This document shows, piece by piece, positions 41,087 to 50,619 of a DNA stretch of 64,000 nucleotides. The notes under the pieces were generated by a model, which saw only the letters and a list, made by a program, of their open reading frames with translations, ran no database searches and was not told the origin of the DNA. Both the position numbers and the translations under genes were made by a program. The stretch spans positions 3,616,001-3,680,000 of the forward strand of contig CP170459.1 in the NCBI GenBank assembly GCA_047947115.1. Reading direction: 5' to 3'. Source of the stretch: Verrucomicrobiota bacterium. Lineage in GTDB: Bacteria; Verrucomicrobiota; Verrucomicrobiia; Limisphaerales; AAA164-E04. Position 1 is the first letter of the stretch; each line of letters begins with the position of its first letter.

Positions 41087-42145
41087 ATGAAGAGTTACGA
41101 CATAGCAGTCATTGGCGGCGACGGAACAGGTCCCGAGGTAACACGCGAGTCCATCAAAGTTCTGGACGCTGCCGCAGCCAAGTTTGGTTTCAAACTCAAT
41201 TACACCGATTTCGATTTCGGCGGGGACCGTTATCTGCGCACCAACGAGGCTCTGCCCGACAGCGCGGCAGATGATCTGCGGCAATTCCCCGCCATTTTGT
41301 TGGGCGCCATTGGCCATCCCGACGTCAAACCCGGCATTCTTGAAAAAGGTATTTTGCTTCGCCTGCGTTTTGAGCTGGAACAATACATCAACCTGCGCCC
41401 GGTTAAGCTTTATGACGAGCGGTTCTGTCCATTAAAAGACAAGAAACCTGAGCATGTCGATTTCGTCGTGGTCCGCGAAAACAATGAAGGGCTTTATACT
41501 GGTTCCGGTGGATTTGTTTTCAAAGGAACTCCGCATGAAGTCGCCATCCAGGAAAGTGTCAACACCCGTCGTGGTGTCGAACGTTGTCTGCGTTTTGCTT
41601 TCGAATATGCACGTCGCCGCAACAAGGAAAACAAGCTGACCCTCTGTGGTAAGACCAATGTTTTGACCTATGCATTCGATTTGTGGGAGAGAGCTTTCCA
41701 TGAGATTGGCGAAAAGGACTTCTCAGATATCAAACGGGATTACGCGCATGTGGACGCAACCACCATGTGGTTTGTCAAAAATCCCGAATGGTTTGATGTC
41801 ATTGTGACCGACAACATGTTTGGCGACATCATCACCGACCTGGGAGCCATGGTGCAGGGTGGCATGGGGATCGCCGCCGGTGGTAACCTGAATCCCGAAG
41901 GAACCAGCATGTTCGAACCCATCGGTGGTAGTGCTCCGAAATACACCGGTCAGAACGTCATCAATCCATTGGCCGCCATCTGTGCCGGTCAGATGATGCT
42001 CGACTTCCTGGGTGAACGGGAAGCTGCCAAGTGCATCGAGGATACCGTGATCAAAGTAACCCGTGAGAAGATCAAGGACCTGGGGGCAGGCCGCATGGGA
42101 TACTCCACTACCGAAGTGGGCGATCTGGTGGCTGAAGGTCTCTAA
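41087..42145 (+). CDS. leuB: 3-isopropylmalate dehydrogenase
   Basis: [47 protein letters not shown]. Confidence 0.92.
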   Translation: MKSYDIAVIGGDGTGPEVTRESIKVLDAAAAKFGFKLNYTDFDFGGDRYLRTNEALPDSAADDLRQFPAILLGAIGHPDVKPGILEKGILLRLRFELEQYINLRPVKLYDERFCPLKDKKPEHVDFVVVRENNEGLYTGSGGFVFKGTPHEVAIQESVNTRRGVERCLRFAFEYARRRNKENKLTLCGKTNVLTYAFDLWERAFHEIGEKDFSDIKRDYAHVDATTMWFVKNPEWFDVIVTDNMFGDIITDLGAMVQGGMGIAAGGNLNPEGTSMFEPIGGSAPKYTGQNVINPLAAICAGQMMLDFLGEREAAKCIEDTVIKVTREKIKDLGAGRMGYSTTEVGDLVAEGL

Positions 42146-42163
42146 GGCGTCATGATACTTTCA

Positions 42164-42199
42164 AAAAAAGACGGAAAGCATTCGCTTTCCGTCTTTTTT
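42164..42199 (+). terminator. rho-independent terminator after leuB
   Basis: aaaaaagacggaaagc-attc-gctttccgtctttttt. Confidence 0.88.
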
Positions 42200-42309
42200 A
42201 TTTGTCTTCCGGGCATGGGGAGCATTGAATTCACTCTGTCCAGCCATTGGCTTTCCTTGGTGGATGGTGTTAGGTTTGGATTGGGACAAATACAACATAC
42301 GGTTAACGA

Positions 42310-43200
42310 ATGAAGGATGTTAAAAAAATTCTGTTGGCAACCGATTTTTCATCGGGCGCGACCGCCGCGCTGAAGCAGGGTGTTCGCATGTGCGAGCGTG
42401 ACGGCACTCAGCTTGAATTGCTCCATGTGGTGGATTCTCACGACATGGTGGATCTGGCGGAGGCGCTCAAACAGGGAGTGGAGGAGACTGCCAAACAATT
42501 TGAAGAAGACGCCACCACTCAGGTAGGCCAATGGCTGAATGATGCCGGAGTCGATCCATCCTATCCGGTCAACGTTGTTTCGGGGCAACCACTGGACCGT
42601 ATCATGCGTCACATCCGTGAGAAGGAAATAGACCTTCTTCTGGTGGGGCTGACGGGACAGGAACATGAAGATGCCAAAGACGCGGTGGGAGTGATGGCCA
42701 GTAAATTGATCCGGGTTTCACCAGTCCGCGTGCTTGCCGTTAAACCCGGGCAATCACAGGATTTTCGTCATGTGGTTGCCTGTGTTGATTTCTCGAAAAA
42801 CAGTCGGGAAGTCGTGCGTCAGGCCATATTGGTGGCGGAGATGGAGCAGAGCCATCTTTCTGTCATCCACGTTTTCAATCCACCCTGGCATCGCCTGCAT
42901 TATCGCGCTCCATCAACTGGTTCAGATGTGGCTTTTCAAAAGCGCTTTGAGACCGCTTTGACGCAGAAGTTGAAGGATTTTGCCCCCGTTCCCGACGGCA
43001 TCAAACATAACTACCACCTGGTGGATGCCTCCAATTGTGGTTATGGCATTGCCAGTTATGCCCGAAGATGTGGTGCGGACCTCATTGTAATGGGAACCAA
43101 AGGGAAGTCCAATCTGCACTATATGCTCACCGGTTCCACAGCTGAAAGAGTACTGCGCGAACTCCCATGCTCGGCTCTGGTCGTTAAACCGGTTGCCTGA
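42310..43200 (+). CDS. tandem universal stress protein (UspE-like)
   Basis: KILLATDFS and VVACVDFS domain starts; DLIVMGTKG...GSTAERVLRELPCSALVV. Confidence 0.93.
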   Translation: MKDVKKILLATDFSSGATAALKQGVRMCERDGTQLELLHVVDSHDMVDLAEALKQGVEETAKQFEEDATTQVGQWLNDAGVDPSYPVNVVSGQPLDRIMRHIREKEIDLLLVGLTGQEHEDAKDAVGVMASKLIRVSPVRVLAVKPGQSQDFRHVVACVDFSKNSREVVRQAILVAEMEQSHLSVIHVFNPPWHRLHYRAPSTGSDVAFQKRFETALTQKLKDFAPVPDGIKHNYHLVDASNCGYGIASYARRCGADLIVMGTKGKSNLHYMLTGSTAERVLRELPCSALVVKPVA

Positions 43201-43242
43201 CGAGTGTTAATACGGTTTGTCTGATAAATCTGATCCGCCCTC

Positions 43243-43276
43243 TGCCCGGGGATGCGATAGGAATCTCGGGCATTTT
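43243..43276 (+). terminator. possible terminator after the usp gene
   Basis: tgcccgggg...tctcgggca stem followed by tttt. Confidence 0.45.
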
Positions 43277-43392
43277 ATGTCCACGGGAATCCTTTTATGG
43301 ATGACAAGCTGAGAAGAGAGTCCGGGGGATAGCCCGACGAGACCCCACGTTCTAACTCCGGCACATTTTTCTACGCTTTGAAAAGGATGGGT

Positions 43393-44193
43393 TCAGATCG
43401 CAACGGATGAGTGCTGACGCTGTGAAAAACGTCGCCAGTGGGTGTATCCAACCCGCTTGGCCAGCTGGACTGCCTCGGTGAAGTCGGCTCCGACTTCGTT
43501 CGGGGCATGGGCATCCGAGCCAAAAGTCAGTGCGACACCCATTTGCTGAGCCATTTGCAAGAGATCGGGACAGGGATACATTTCCTTACATTCTTTGCGC
43601 AGACCGGCTGTGTTGATTTCGATGGCAACATCGTGTTCCCTGGCGGCGGTCAGGAACTGGCGATACCAGGGAGTCGGATCCTTTTGCGGTCGGTAGTTGA
43701 ATTTTTTGCACAAATCGGCGTGACCGATTATCTGGTATAGTCCGGAACTTGCGGCTTGGGTGAGCCGGTCAAAATAGGCCTCCCAAATACCATCCACATC
43801 TCCTTGTTCCCACCGATCTTTCTTGTTGGGATTGTCGATGTCGAATTCGTCGCTGATGTAGTGCACCGATCCGATGAAGTAATCGAAGGAACGTTTGCTT
43901 TCCAGTTCCCGAACCCAATCTTCATGCCCGGGAATGAAATCGACTTCCAATGCCAGCTTGATCTGTAATTCGGGGAAATCTGTCTGCGCCTTGCGTACAT
44001 TTTCCACATAGAGGTTCAGGTCCTCCAGGTACATATGCCAGTCATCCCAATCATCCTTCATCATGGGGTTGTGCTCGGAAAAACCGATTTCGGTCAATCC
44101 TTTGGCCACCGCTTGCTCCGCCAGTTCCCAGGGTTCACCCTTGGCGTGATGGCAAAGGGGGGTGTGCATGTGATAATCCGCCGGCAAATTCAT
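43393..44193 (-). CDS. histidinol-phosphatase, HisJ/PHP family
   Basis: DYHMHTPLCHHA, SEH, GSVH, GHADL, EINTAG, GSDAH. Confidence 0.9.
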   Translation of the reverse strand: MNLPADYHMHTPLCHHAKGEPWELAEQAVAKGLTEIGFSEHNPMMKDDWDDWHMYLEDLNLYVENVRKAQTDFPELQIKLALEVDFIPGHEDWVRELESKRSFDYFIGSVHYISDEFDIDNPNKKDRWEQGDVDGIWEAYFDRLTQAASSGLYQIIGHADLCKKFNYRPQKDPTPWYRQFLTAAREHDVAIEINTAGLRKECKEMYPCPDLLQMAQQMGVALTFGSDAHAPNEVGADFTEAVQLAKRVGYTHWRRFSQRQHSSVAI

Positions 44194-44318
44194 CGCCTCA
44201 AACCATTGTGTAACTTGGTTGATTTGCCAAGTTTTTAGTTCCAAACGATCTTTGAAACGTTGAGATGTTTTGATGATAAGGCCTGGATTCGGCGGCATTG
44301 TTTTGGTATTCATGCTTG

Positions 44319-45422
44319 ATGCTTACTCAAATACGACCGATGGGTATTGCTTTGTGCTGCCTGAACTTGATCCTCCTTTTCTCCCAGGCCAAAGCTCAGC
44401 CTGTCGTGCACGCGGACCGAACGGTGACATTCACCCTGTATTCACCGGGTGCAGGCAAAGTTCAACTGAATGGATTGCCAGGCATTGGTTCGGTGCAGAT
44501 GCACAAAGCAGGGGAAGGGAACTGGGAGATTACCGTCGGACCGTTTGAACCGGATCTTTACAGTTATAGTTTTGCGGTGGATGGCGCATTGACCATTGAT
44601 CCCAAAAACCGGAACGTCAAAAAATGGCGTACACTCAACTCCATGGTGGAAGTCCCCGGAGAAAACCCTCAATCGCTGCATGCTCTCAAAGATGTGCCTC
44701 ACGGAACCGTGCATCGCCATTACTATCACTCATTGGTAGCCGGATCCCAACGTTCATTGCTCGTTTACACCCCGGCTTCCTATGTTTCTGATCGTGAGGC
44801 TCGGTTTCCTGTTTTGTTCCTCTTACACGGTTTCGGGGATGATGAAACCGCTTGGACTGAAGTGGGAAGGGCTCATTTTATTGCCGATAATTTGATGGCG
44901 GATGAGCGTGCCAAACCGATGATCATCGTCATGCCGAATGGCCATCCTGTTCTCATTCCGGATGGACAGCGTCCCGAGAATTACAGTGAAGATAACCGAC
45001 GCGCTTTGGATGCCGAAATCCGCAACGAATTGATTCCATTTCTGGAGGGGCATTATCGCATTGAAACGGATGCTTCAAAACGGGCAATCCTTGGTTTGTC
45101 GATGGGAGGTGGACAGTCTCTTGACATTGGGCTGACACATCTGGATCTATTTCAGTGGGTGGGCGGATTCAGTTCGGCGGCGCCGGGAGGTAATTTGAAT
45201 GAACACTTTTCGACTCTCAAAGACGCCACCTCATCCAGCCGCCCCGAATTGCTATGGATTGCTTGTGGTAAAGAGGATTCTCTTCTGGAACGTAATGAAA
45301 CCTTTGTCGCCTGGTTGAAAGAACAATCCATGCAGCACACCTGGCGCCTCACCGAAGGTGGCCATGAATGGCGCGTTTGGCGACGATATTTGACCGAGTT
45401 GTTGCCGTTGCTTTTCCGGTGA
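44319..45422 (+). CDS. esterase (CE1-like) with N-terminal CBM48/E-set domain
   Basis: TVTFTL..YSYSFAVDG..DP domain, LLHGFGDD, GLSMGG, GGHEW. Confidence 0.9.
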   Translation: MLTQIRPMGIALCCLNLILLFSQAKAQPVVHADRTVTFTLYSPGAGKVQLNGLPGIGSVQMHKAGEGNWEITVGPFEPDLYSYSFAVDGALTIDPKNRNVKKWRTLNSMVEVPGENPQSLHALKDVPHGTVHRHYYHSLVAGSQRSLLVYTPASYVSDREARFPVLFLLHGFGDDETAWTEVGRAHFIADNLMADERAKPMIIVMPNGHPVLIPDGQRPENYSEDNRRALDAEIRNELIPFLEGHYRIETDASKRAILGLSMGGGQSLDIGLTHLDLFQWVGGFSSAAPGGNLNEHFSTLKDATSSSRPELLWIACGKEDSLLERNETFVAWLKEQSMQHTWRLTEGGHEWRVWRRYLTELLPLLFR

Positions 45423-45450
45423 ATTTTAGAATCGACCTGCAGCATGCCCA

Positions 45451-45651
45451 AGGTAGAACGTGCCTGCCTGTCCCGCGACTGCGTGGATCCTTGGCGCTTT
45501 CCTCGCGGCGTCGGAATTGCCATGAACGTTCCTTTTGGGAAGCCCGCGATATGGAAAGTCGGGTGTTGGGTGTCCTTGGGTTTTCCTTTGTGTGGTGATT
45601 CCGGAATAAGGATGTCCTGAGGGTTGCGCGCCGAGACGCCACGCTCTACCT
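45451..45651. repeat. GTAG-type REP doublet (REPIN-like) element
   Basis: Left arm aggtagaacgtgcc... and reverse complement of right arm aggtagagcgtggc... form imperfect terminal inverted repeats between convergent genes. Confidence 0.5.
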
Positions 45652-45666
45652 CACCCGGCGAGTTTA

Positions 45667-45704
45667 ATTCACCATTCACCATTCACTATTTACTATTCAC
45701 CATT
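45667..45704. repeat. heptamer tandem repeat (ATTCACC-like, about 5.4 copies)
   Basis: attcacc attcacc attcact atttact attcacc att; overlaps the pyrF stop codon. Confidence 0.8.
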
Positions 45705-46412
45705 TGAAAGCAGGGATTCGTAAATGTTTTGGGCCGCTAGCGCCGCATTGGGAGCGGCTGTGATAGGGCGACCTATTACAAGACGGCTGGCTCCTGCGTC
45801 CATGGCTTCCTTCGGCCCGAGGGTGCGTTTCTGATCTCCCATGGCATCACTTTTGGCTCGGATGCCGGGGGTGACCAGATGGATGGAATCCGGAAGGATG
45901 CTCCTTAGTCGCGGTAGTTCCAAGGGGGAGCAGACCAATCCGCGCAATCCATTCGAAACGGCCATTTCAGCCAGCCGGGCGACTTGATCTTCAAGGGCAT
46001 CCTTCACGCCGGTGGCAGTCAATTGATCCTGATTCATGCTCGTGAGCACCGTGACTCCGAGAACAACCGGTGCCTTGATGCCCAATGTAGCGGCGGTTTC
46101 CTGAGCAGCGTTTTCTGCGGCTTTGACCATTTCTGGACCGCCTGAGCAATGAATGGTCAACCAATCCACATTCAATCGAGTGGCATTTGCCACCGCTTTG
46201 GCGACCGTGTTGGGGATGTCGTGAAATTTTAAGTCGAGAAAAAGTTCTTTCCCAAATTGCTTGATGTCCTGAACGACTTCCTTGCCTCCATGTGTGAAAA
46301 GTTCCAGTCCAACCTTGAAACCGCCGACGTGCGGCGACAGGACCTTGGCGATTTCGATGGCTTTCTCTGAGGTTGGTACATCCAGGGGGATCAATATAGG
46401 GTTTGTATCCAT
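45693..46412 (-). CDS. pyrF: orotidine-5'-phosphate decarboxylase
   Basis: FKVGLELF, FLDLKFHDIPNTV, VTVLTS, VTPGIR, GDQKR, VIGRPIT. Confidence 0.97.
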   Translation of the reverse strand: MDTNPILIPLDVPTSEKAIEIAKVLSPHVGGFKVGLELFTHGGKEVVQDIKQFGKELFLDLKFHDIPNTVAKAVANATRLNVDWLTIHCSGGPEMVKAAENAAQETAATLGIKAPVVLGVTVLTSMNQDQLTATGVKDALEDQVARLAEMAVSNGLRGLVCSPLELPRLRSILPDSIHLVTPGIRAKSDAMGDQKRTLGPKEAMDAGASRLVIGRPITAAPNAALAAQNIYESLLSNGE

Positions 46413-46444
46413 GTTCTGATGGTTATGACGGTATGCCGGGCGGA

Positions 46445-48676
46445 TTAAAGGCCCAGTTCTTTCAGTTTGGGTTCCATGGCTTCCGCCCACAGACGATATC
46501 CATCGGCATTCAGGTGCAGCGCATCCGGCATGATGGATGCCGGCAGTTGACCATCCTCATTGAGAAAGACTTCGCCGATGTCCAGGTAGTGGACACGCTT
46601 TCCATCCGCGTAACGGCGAATGATCTGGTTGATACCCTGATTGATGATTCGTCCACGGTCGAAGGGAGTGCGACCTCTGGGAAAGACTCCGAGCAGTAGC
46701 ACTTTTGTGTCCGGTGTACGCTCTTCCAGAATGTCCAGAATGCGCTGAACGCCTGCCGCCGTTTCCGCAGGATCCTGTGCCTTATGGCCAGTGTTATTCG
46801 TCCCGATCATGACGACGGCAACTTTAGGGGAGATACCGTTGAGGTGTCCCTTTGTCAGTCTCCAGATCACATGTTCGGTACGGTCCCCGCCGAATCCGAG
46901 GTTCACCGGTTTACGATTGGCATAGTATTCGGCCCATACCTCCTTGCCGTTGCCTTCCCAGCCCTGAGTGATGGAATCCCCGATGAAGGCGAGATCGACA
47001 TTTCCTTCACGCACAATGGCGCGTTTTGCCTGGTCCCGTTCGTTCCACCAGCCCTCATCGCCGCGCGAATTGGGGATGACTGCCGGGTTCACGTCATAGA
47101 ATGTTCGGATGTCATTGTATCTTTGCTGCAGGCCTGCAAGGATATCCTTGTAAGCAGGATCATTGTGGAGACTTTTCATTTCATGCGGATCGGCGTCCAA
47201 ATCAAACAGACTCCACTCACGGGTGCGAGGGAAAAACATGAGTTTGTGGTTTTCCGTCCGAACACCATCCTGAATCGGGACGGCATGCACCGCGGCATTT
47301 TCATAGTAGGCGTAATAAATCGCATCCCGCCAATCCGGTGTTTTGGCGCCACCGTTCTCGAACAGAGGTTTCAGGCTGCGTCCCTGCATTTCTTCCGGCA
47401 CGTCCACCCCGGCGATGTCCAAAAAGGTGGGGCCGTAATCAATGTTCTGAATGAGCGCATTGGAACGTGTGCCGGGTTTGATCTTGCCGGGCCAGCGGAC
47501 GAGGAAAGGCATCTTGAGCGATTCTTCAAACATCCAGCGCTTGTCGTACCAACCATGCTCGCCCAGATAGAATCCCTGGTCGGAGGAGTAAATGACAATG
47601 GTGTTTTCGGAAAGGTCGTTCTGGTCAAGGAAATCCAGAATGCGCCCGACACTGTCGTCCACCGCCTGGACGGACCCAAGGTAATCGTGCATGTATCGCT
47701 GGTATTTCCAGCGGAGGATTTCTTCCTCTGACATTTCTCCCGACTTCATCTTATGGATGAAAGACTGGTTTTGCGGCTCATAGTAATCGTCCCAAGTCGC
47801 CTTTTGTTCGGGAGTCATCCGGGCATATTCTCCGTTTCCAAGGTTCTGGAAGTGTTCCGTGAACTGATTGTCCCCATGAAACTTTGCGTCGTGTCCCCAG
47901 TGGAAATGATCCTTGATCGTCATTTCGTTTTCCTGAAGCAGTTTGGATCTGCCCGCATAATCATCCATCAATGAATCCGGCTCAGGAATACTGCCCATGG
48001 GATAACGTCCAAAGTGACGCGGGTGAGGGGACCAGTTGCGATGGGGCGCTTTGTGTTGGCACATCAGCATGAATGGCTGGTCGCTTTCTTTCTGTTCCTT
48101 CATCCAGTCCAACGCCAGGTCGGTGATTTGGTCGGTACAGTAGTTCTGGTAGCGTTTGCGGGTGCCATCCATCTGTATGAGGTCCGGATTGTAATAGTTG
48201 CCCTGACCTGGAAGGATTTCCCAGTAGTCAAATCCCACTGGATCGCTGCCCAGATGCCATTTGCCGATAACAGCGGTTTTGTATCCGGCTCCTTGCAGCA
48301 GTTTTGGAAAGGTTGTCTGATTCGGGTCGAAGCGGTCCCCATTGCGCAAAAAACCGTTCAAATGACTATGTTTGCCGCTCAAAATGCAGGCACGTGATGG
48401 GCCACACAGCGAATTGGCGCAAAAGGAATTCACATACAAAGCACCTTCGTGAGCCAACCGATCAATGTGCGGTGTGCGGTTGACCTTCGATCCATACGCC
48501 CCAATGGCCTGAACTGCATGATCATCGCTGAAAATGAACACGATATTCGGGCGCTTGGCTGCTTGCAATGGCGCAGCACACAAGAGAGCGAAAGCAGTCA
48601 GACAGGTTCCTGCCAGGTATCGGCTCAAACTAGATGGGCGCAACCGTCGAAAAAATCGATCCAAAGGAATTTGCAT
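46445..48676 (-). CDS. sulfatase (S1) fused to C-terminal SGNH/GDSL esterase
   Basis: FSDDH, CGPSRACILSG, GKWH, SDQG; C-terminal FIGDSITQGW, GFGGDRT, GTNN, DALH. Confidence 0.93.
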   Translation of the reverse strand: MQIPLDRFFRRLRPSSLSRYLAGTCLTAFALLCAAPLQAAKRPNIVFIFSDDHAVQAIGAYGSKVNRTPHIDRLAHEGALYVNSFCANSLCGPSRACILSGKHSHLNGFLRNGDRFDPNQTTFPKLLQGAGYKTAVIGKWHLGSDPVGFDYWEILPGQGNYYNPDLIQMDGTRKRYQNYCTDQITDLALDWMKEQKESDQPFMLMCQHKAPHRNWSPHPRHFGRYPMGSIPEPDSLMDDYAGRSKLLQENEMTIKDHFHWGHDAKFHGDNQFTEHFQNLGNGEYARMTPEQKATWDDYYEPQNQSFIHKMKSGEMSEEEILRWKYQRYMHDYLGSVQAVDDSVGRILDFLDQNDLSENTIVIYSSDQGFYLGEHGWYDKRWMFEESLKMPFLVRWPGKIKPGTRSNALIQNIDYGPTFLDIAGVDVPEEMQGRSLKPLFENGGAKTPDWRDAIYYAYYENAAVHAVPIQDGVRTENHKLMFFPRTREWSLFDLDADPHEMKSLHNDPAYKDILAGLQQRYNDIRTFYDVNPAVIPNSRGDEGWWNERDQAKRAIVREGNVDLAFIGDSITQGWEGNGKEVWAEYYANRKPVNLGFGGDRTEHVIWRLTKGHLNGISPKVAVVMIGTNNTGHKAQDPAETAAGVQRILDILEERTPDTKVLLLGVFPRGRTPFDRGRIINQGINQIIRRYADGKRVHYLDIGEVFLNEDGQLPASIMPDALHLNADGYRLWAEAMEPKLKELGL

Positions 48677-48783
48677 GTCAACAGACTCCGCAAGACGGCC
48701 CGCTTAGTCAAGTCAGTCCTTGACTCATCTCAAACAAAACCAACACTCGCCAGTTCTTCTGGTTCCAAGTATAAAGGAGGCAC

Positions 48784-50619
48784 GTGAAAGGTATCGGGGC
48801 CATGGTTCAATCTCTGTTGCAATCCTGTCATTTGTTCGTGCGTCGGCATTGGCAGGGGTTTTTGGCGTGGAGGGAACGGTTTCGATTCACCGAAGAAGCC
48901 TTGCATCTGGTGATTGCCGGGGGAATCGGCGTCATCGGGGGCGTGGTGAATGTGGTGTTCGTGCAGATTATTGTAGGTTTTCAACATCTGGTCTGGAAGA
49001 ACCAGGGTGCCAATGACCTGTCCCCGTTTCAGGGGAGTGAATGGGAGCGTTTGCTGGCTCCCGTTCTCGGGGGAATTGCTGCAGGTCTGATGCTTTATCT
49101 GGGACTCAGGTGGGCGGGCAGGAAGGGAAGTAATAATTTTCTCGAAGCTGTTTCGATGGGGGATGGTAAGTTACCCTTTCGAAGTGCCGTGAGTCAGGCT
49201 TTGTCCTCGATGGTCAGTATCATTTCGGGTGCTACGATTGGCCGTGAGGGTTCCATTACCCAGTTTACCAGCACGCTCGCTTCAAAGTGGGGGAGTTTGG
49301 CTAAGTGGCATCCTTATCGGGTTCGATTGATGGTGGCTTGTGGGGCCGCTTCCGGGATGGCGGCTGCTTATAATGCCCCGATTGCCGGAGCGGTTTTTGC
49401 GGCTCACATTGTCCTTGGCAATTTTTCCATGCACTTGTTCGCACCGCTGGTTTTTTCTTCGGTGATTGCTTCGATGGTTTCCAGAAGTTTTTTCGGAATG
49501 GAACCGCTTTATCATGCTTCTTCCGAAATGACCATCACCCTGATCCAGCTTCCCTGGTTCGTGATTCTGGGGATAGTGTGCGGTCTGGTGGGAGCATTGT
49601 TTCTGAAATCCATGAACTGGTTGCGTGGTTTGGTGCAGAAAATGTCAATGCCGCTTCCATTACAACTCGGGTTGGGAGGGCTGGCCATAGGTGGTGTTGC
49701 TTATTCTTTTCCTCAGGTTTTGGGGAATGGTTACTCCGGGGTGAACCTGATTTTGGCGCATCAAATGGAGTTGACCGCGGTGCTCGCTTTGTTTGCCCTC
49801 CGCTGGTTGGCGACCATTGTTGCTGTTGGTTCGGGAGCCGTGGGCGGTGTGATGACGCCGACTTTGTTTTTGGGCGCTGCTTTGGGTGGTGTGTTTGGAC
49901 TTTATACCCTGCAGGAACAATGGCACCTGGGGATTCCTGTCGGGGTGTTCGCCCTGGTCGGCATGAGCGGCATGCTGGCGGCCACCACGCACAGCCCGCT
50001 GCTGGCGATGATTATGGTTTTTGAGATTTCGTTGAATTACAACCTCATGCCAGCGCTCATGATCGCCTCCGCCATCGCTACTCTGGTCGCCAGACAGGTG
50101 CATTCTTCCAATATCTACACCGAGGCACTCTATGCCAGGGGGATGGACGGCACCTGGGAATCTGATCAGGTCGGTGAAGCTTCCCGGCAAAGGGTGGGGG
50201 ATCTCATGCGACATCCCGTGCCCCCGCTGCGGGATAATTGTCTGTTTCCGGATATTGCCGATCGGTTCATTACGTGTTCGTTTCATTTTCTACCCGTCGT
50301 GGACGATCAGAACCGTTTGCTGGGGATGGTGGCTTTGAGTGATTTGAAGGAGTATTTGCACATGGGGGAACAGTTGAAGAGTGTGATTGCCTATGATATC
50401 ATGCGGCCCGCTTCCAAATGCCTCACACCGGGACAACGTCTCGATGAGGCTTTGCCCATTTTGCTGGAGGCTGAAATGCGCAATGTGCCGGTGGTGAATA
50501 ATCGTCGTGAGAAGCGACTGGTAGGGGCTGTAAACCGCGCCGAAGCTCTGGGGCAGTTGGCCGAAGCCATGACTTCGAGGAGTGTCAAAGGCTCAGTGGA
50601 ATCAAGCGAAAAAAAATGA
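48784..50619 (+). CDS. ClC-family chloride channel/transporter with CBS pair
   Basis: GREGS, CGAASGMAAAYNAPIAG, GGVMTPTLFLG, IY, two C-terminal CBS domains; AAGGAGG upstream. Confidence 0.93.
   Translation: MKGIGAMVQSLLQSCHLFVRRHWQGFLAWRERFRFTEEALHLVIAGGIGVIGGVVNVVFVQIIVGFQHLVWKNQGANDLSPFQGSEWERLLAPVLGGIAAGLMLYLGLRWAGRKGSNNFLEAVSMGDGKLPFRSAVSQALSSMVSIISGATIGREGSITQFTSTLASKWGSLAKWHPYRVRLMVACGAASGMAAAYNAPIAGAVFAAHIVLGNFSMHLFAPLVFSSVIASMVSRSFFGMEPLYHASSEMTITLIQLPWFVILGIVCGLVGALFLKSMNWLRGLVQKMSMPLPLQLGLGGLAIGGVAYSFPQVLGNGYSGVNLILAHQMELTAVLALFALRWLATIVAVGSGAVGGVMTPTLFLGAALGGVFGLYTLQEQWHLGIPVGVFALVGMSGMLAATTHSPLLAMIMVFEISLNYNLMPALMIASAIATLVARQVHSSNIYTEALYARGMDGTWESDQVGEASRQRVGDLMRHPVPPLRDNCLFPDIADRFITCSFHFLPVVDDQNRLLGMVALSDLKEYLHMGEQLKSVIAYDIMRPASKCLTPGQRLDEALPILLEAEMRNVPVVNNRREKRLVGAVNRAEALGQLAEAMTSRSVKGSVESSEKK

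Noticed and set aside
43309..43345. Hammerhead-ribozyme-like ctga...gtccggg-ggatag-cccgac-gagac
   Set aside because: Core does not match CUGANGA/GAAA and stems I and III are not evident.
48680..48800. Fluoride riboswitch or CLC-F assignment for the ClC gene
   Set aside because: No GGCGAUGG-type motif upstream, and the protein lacks the GNNLI/GREGT/GEVTP CLC-F signatures.
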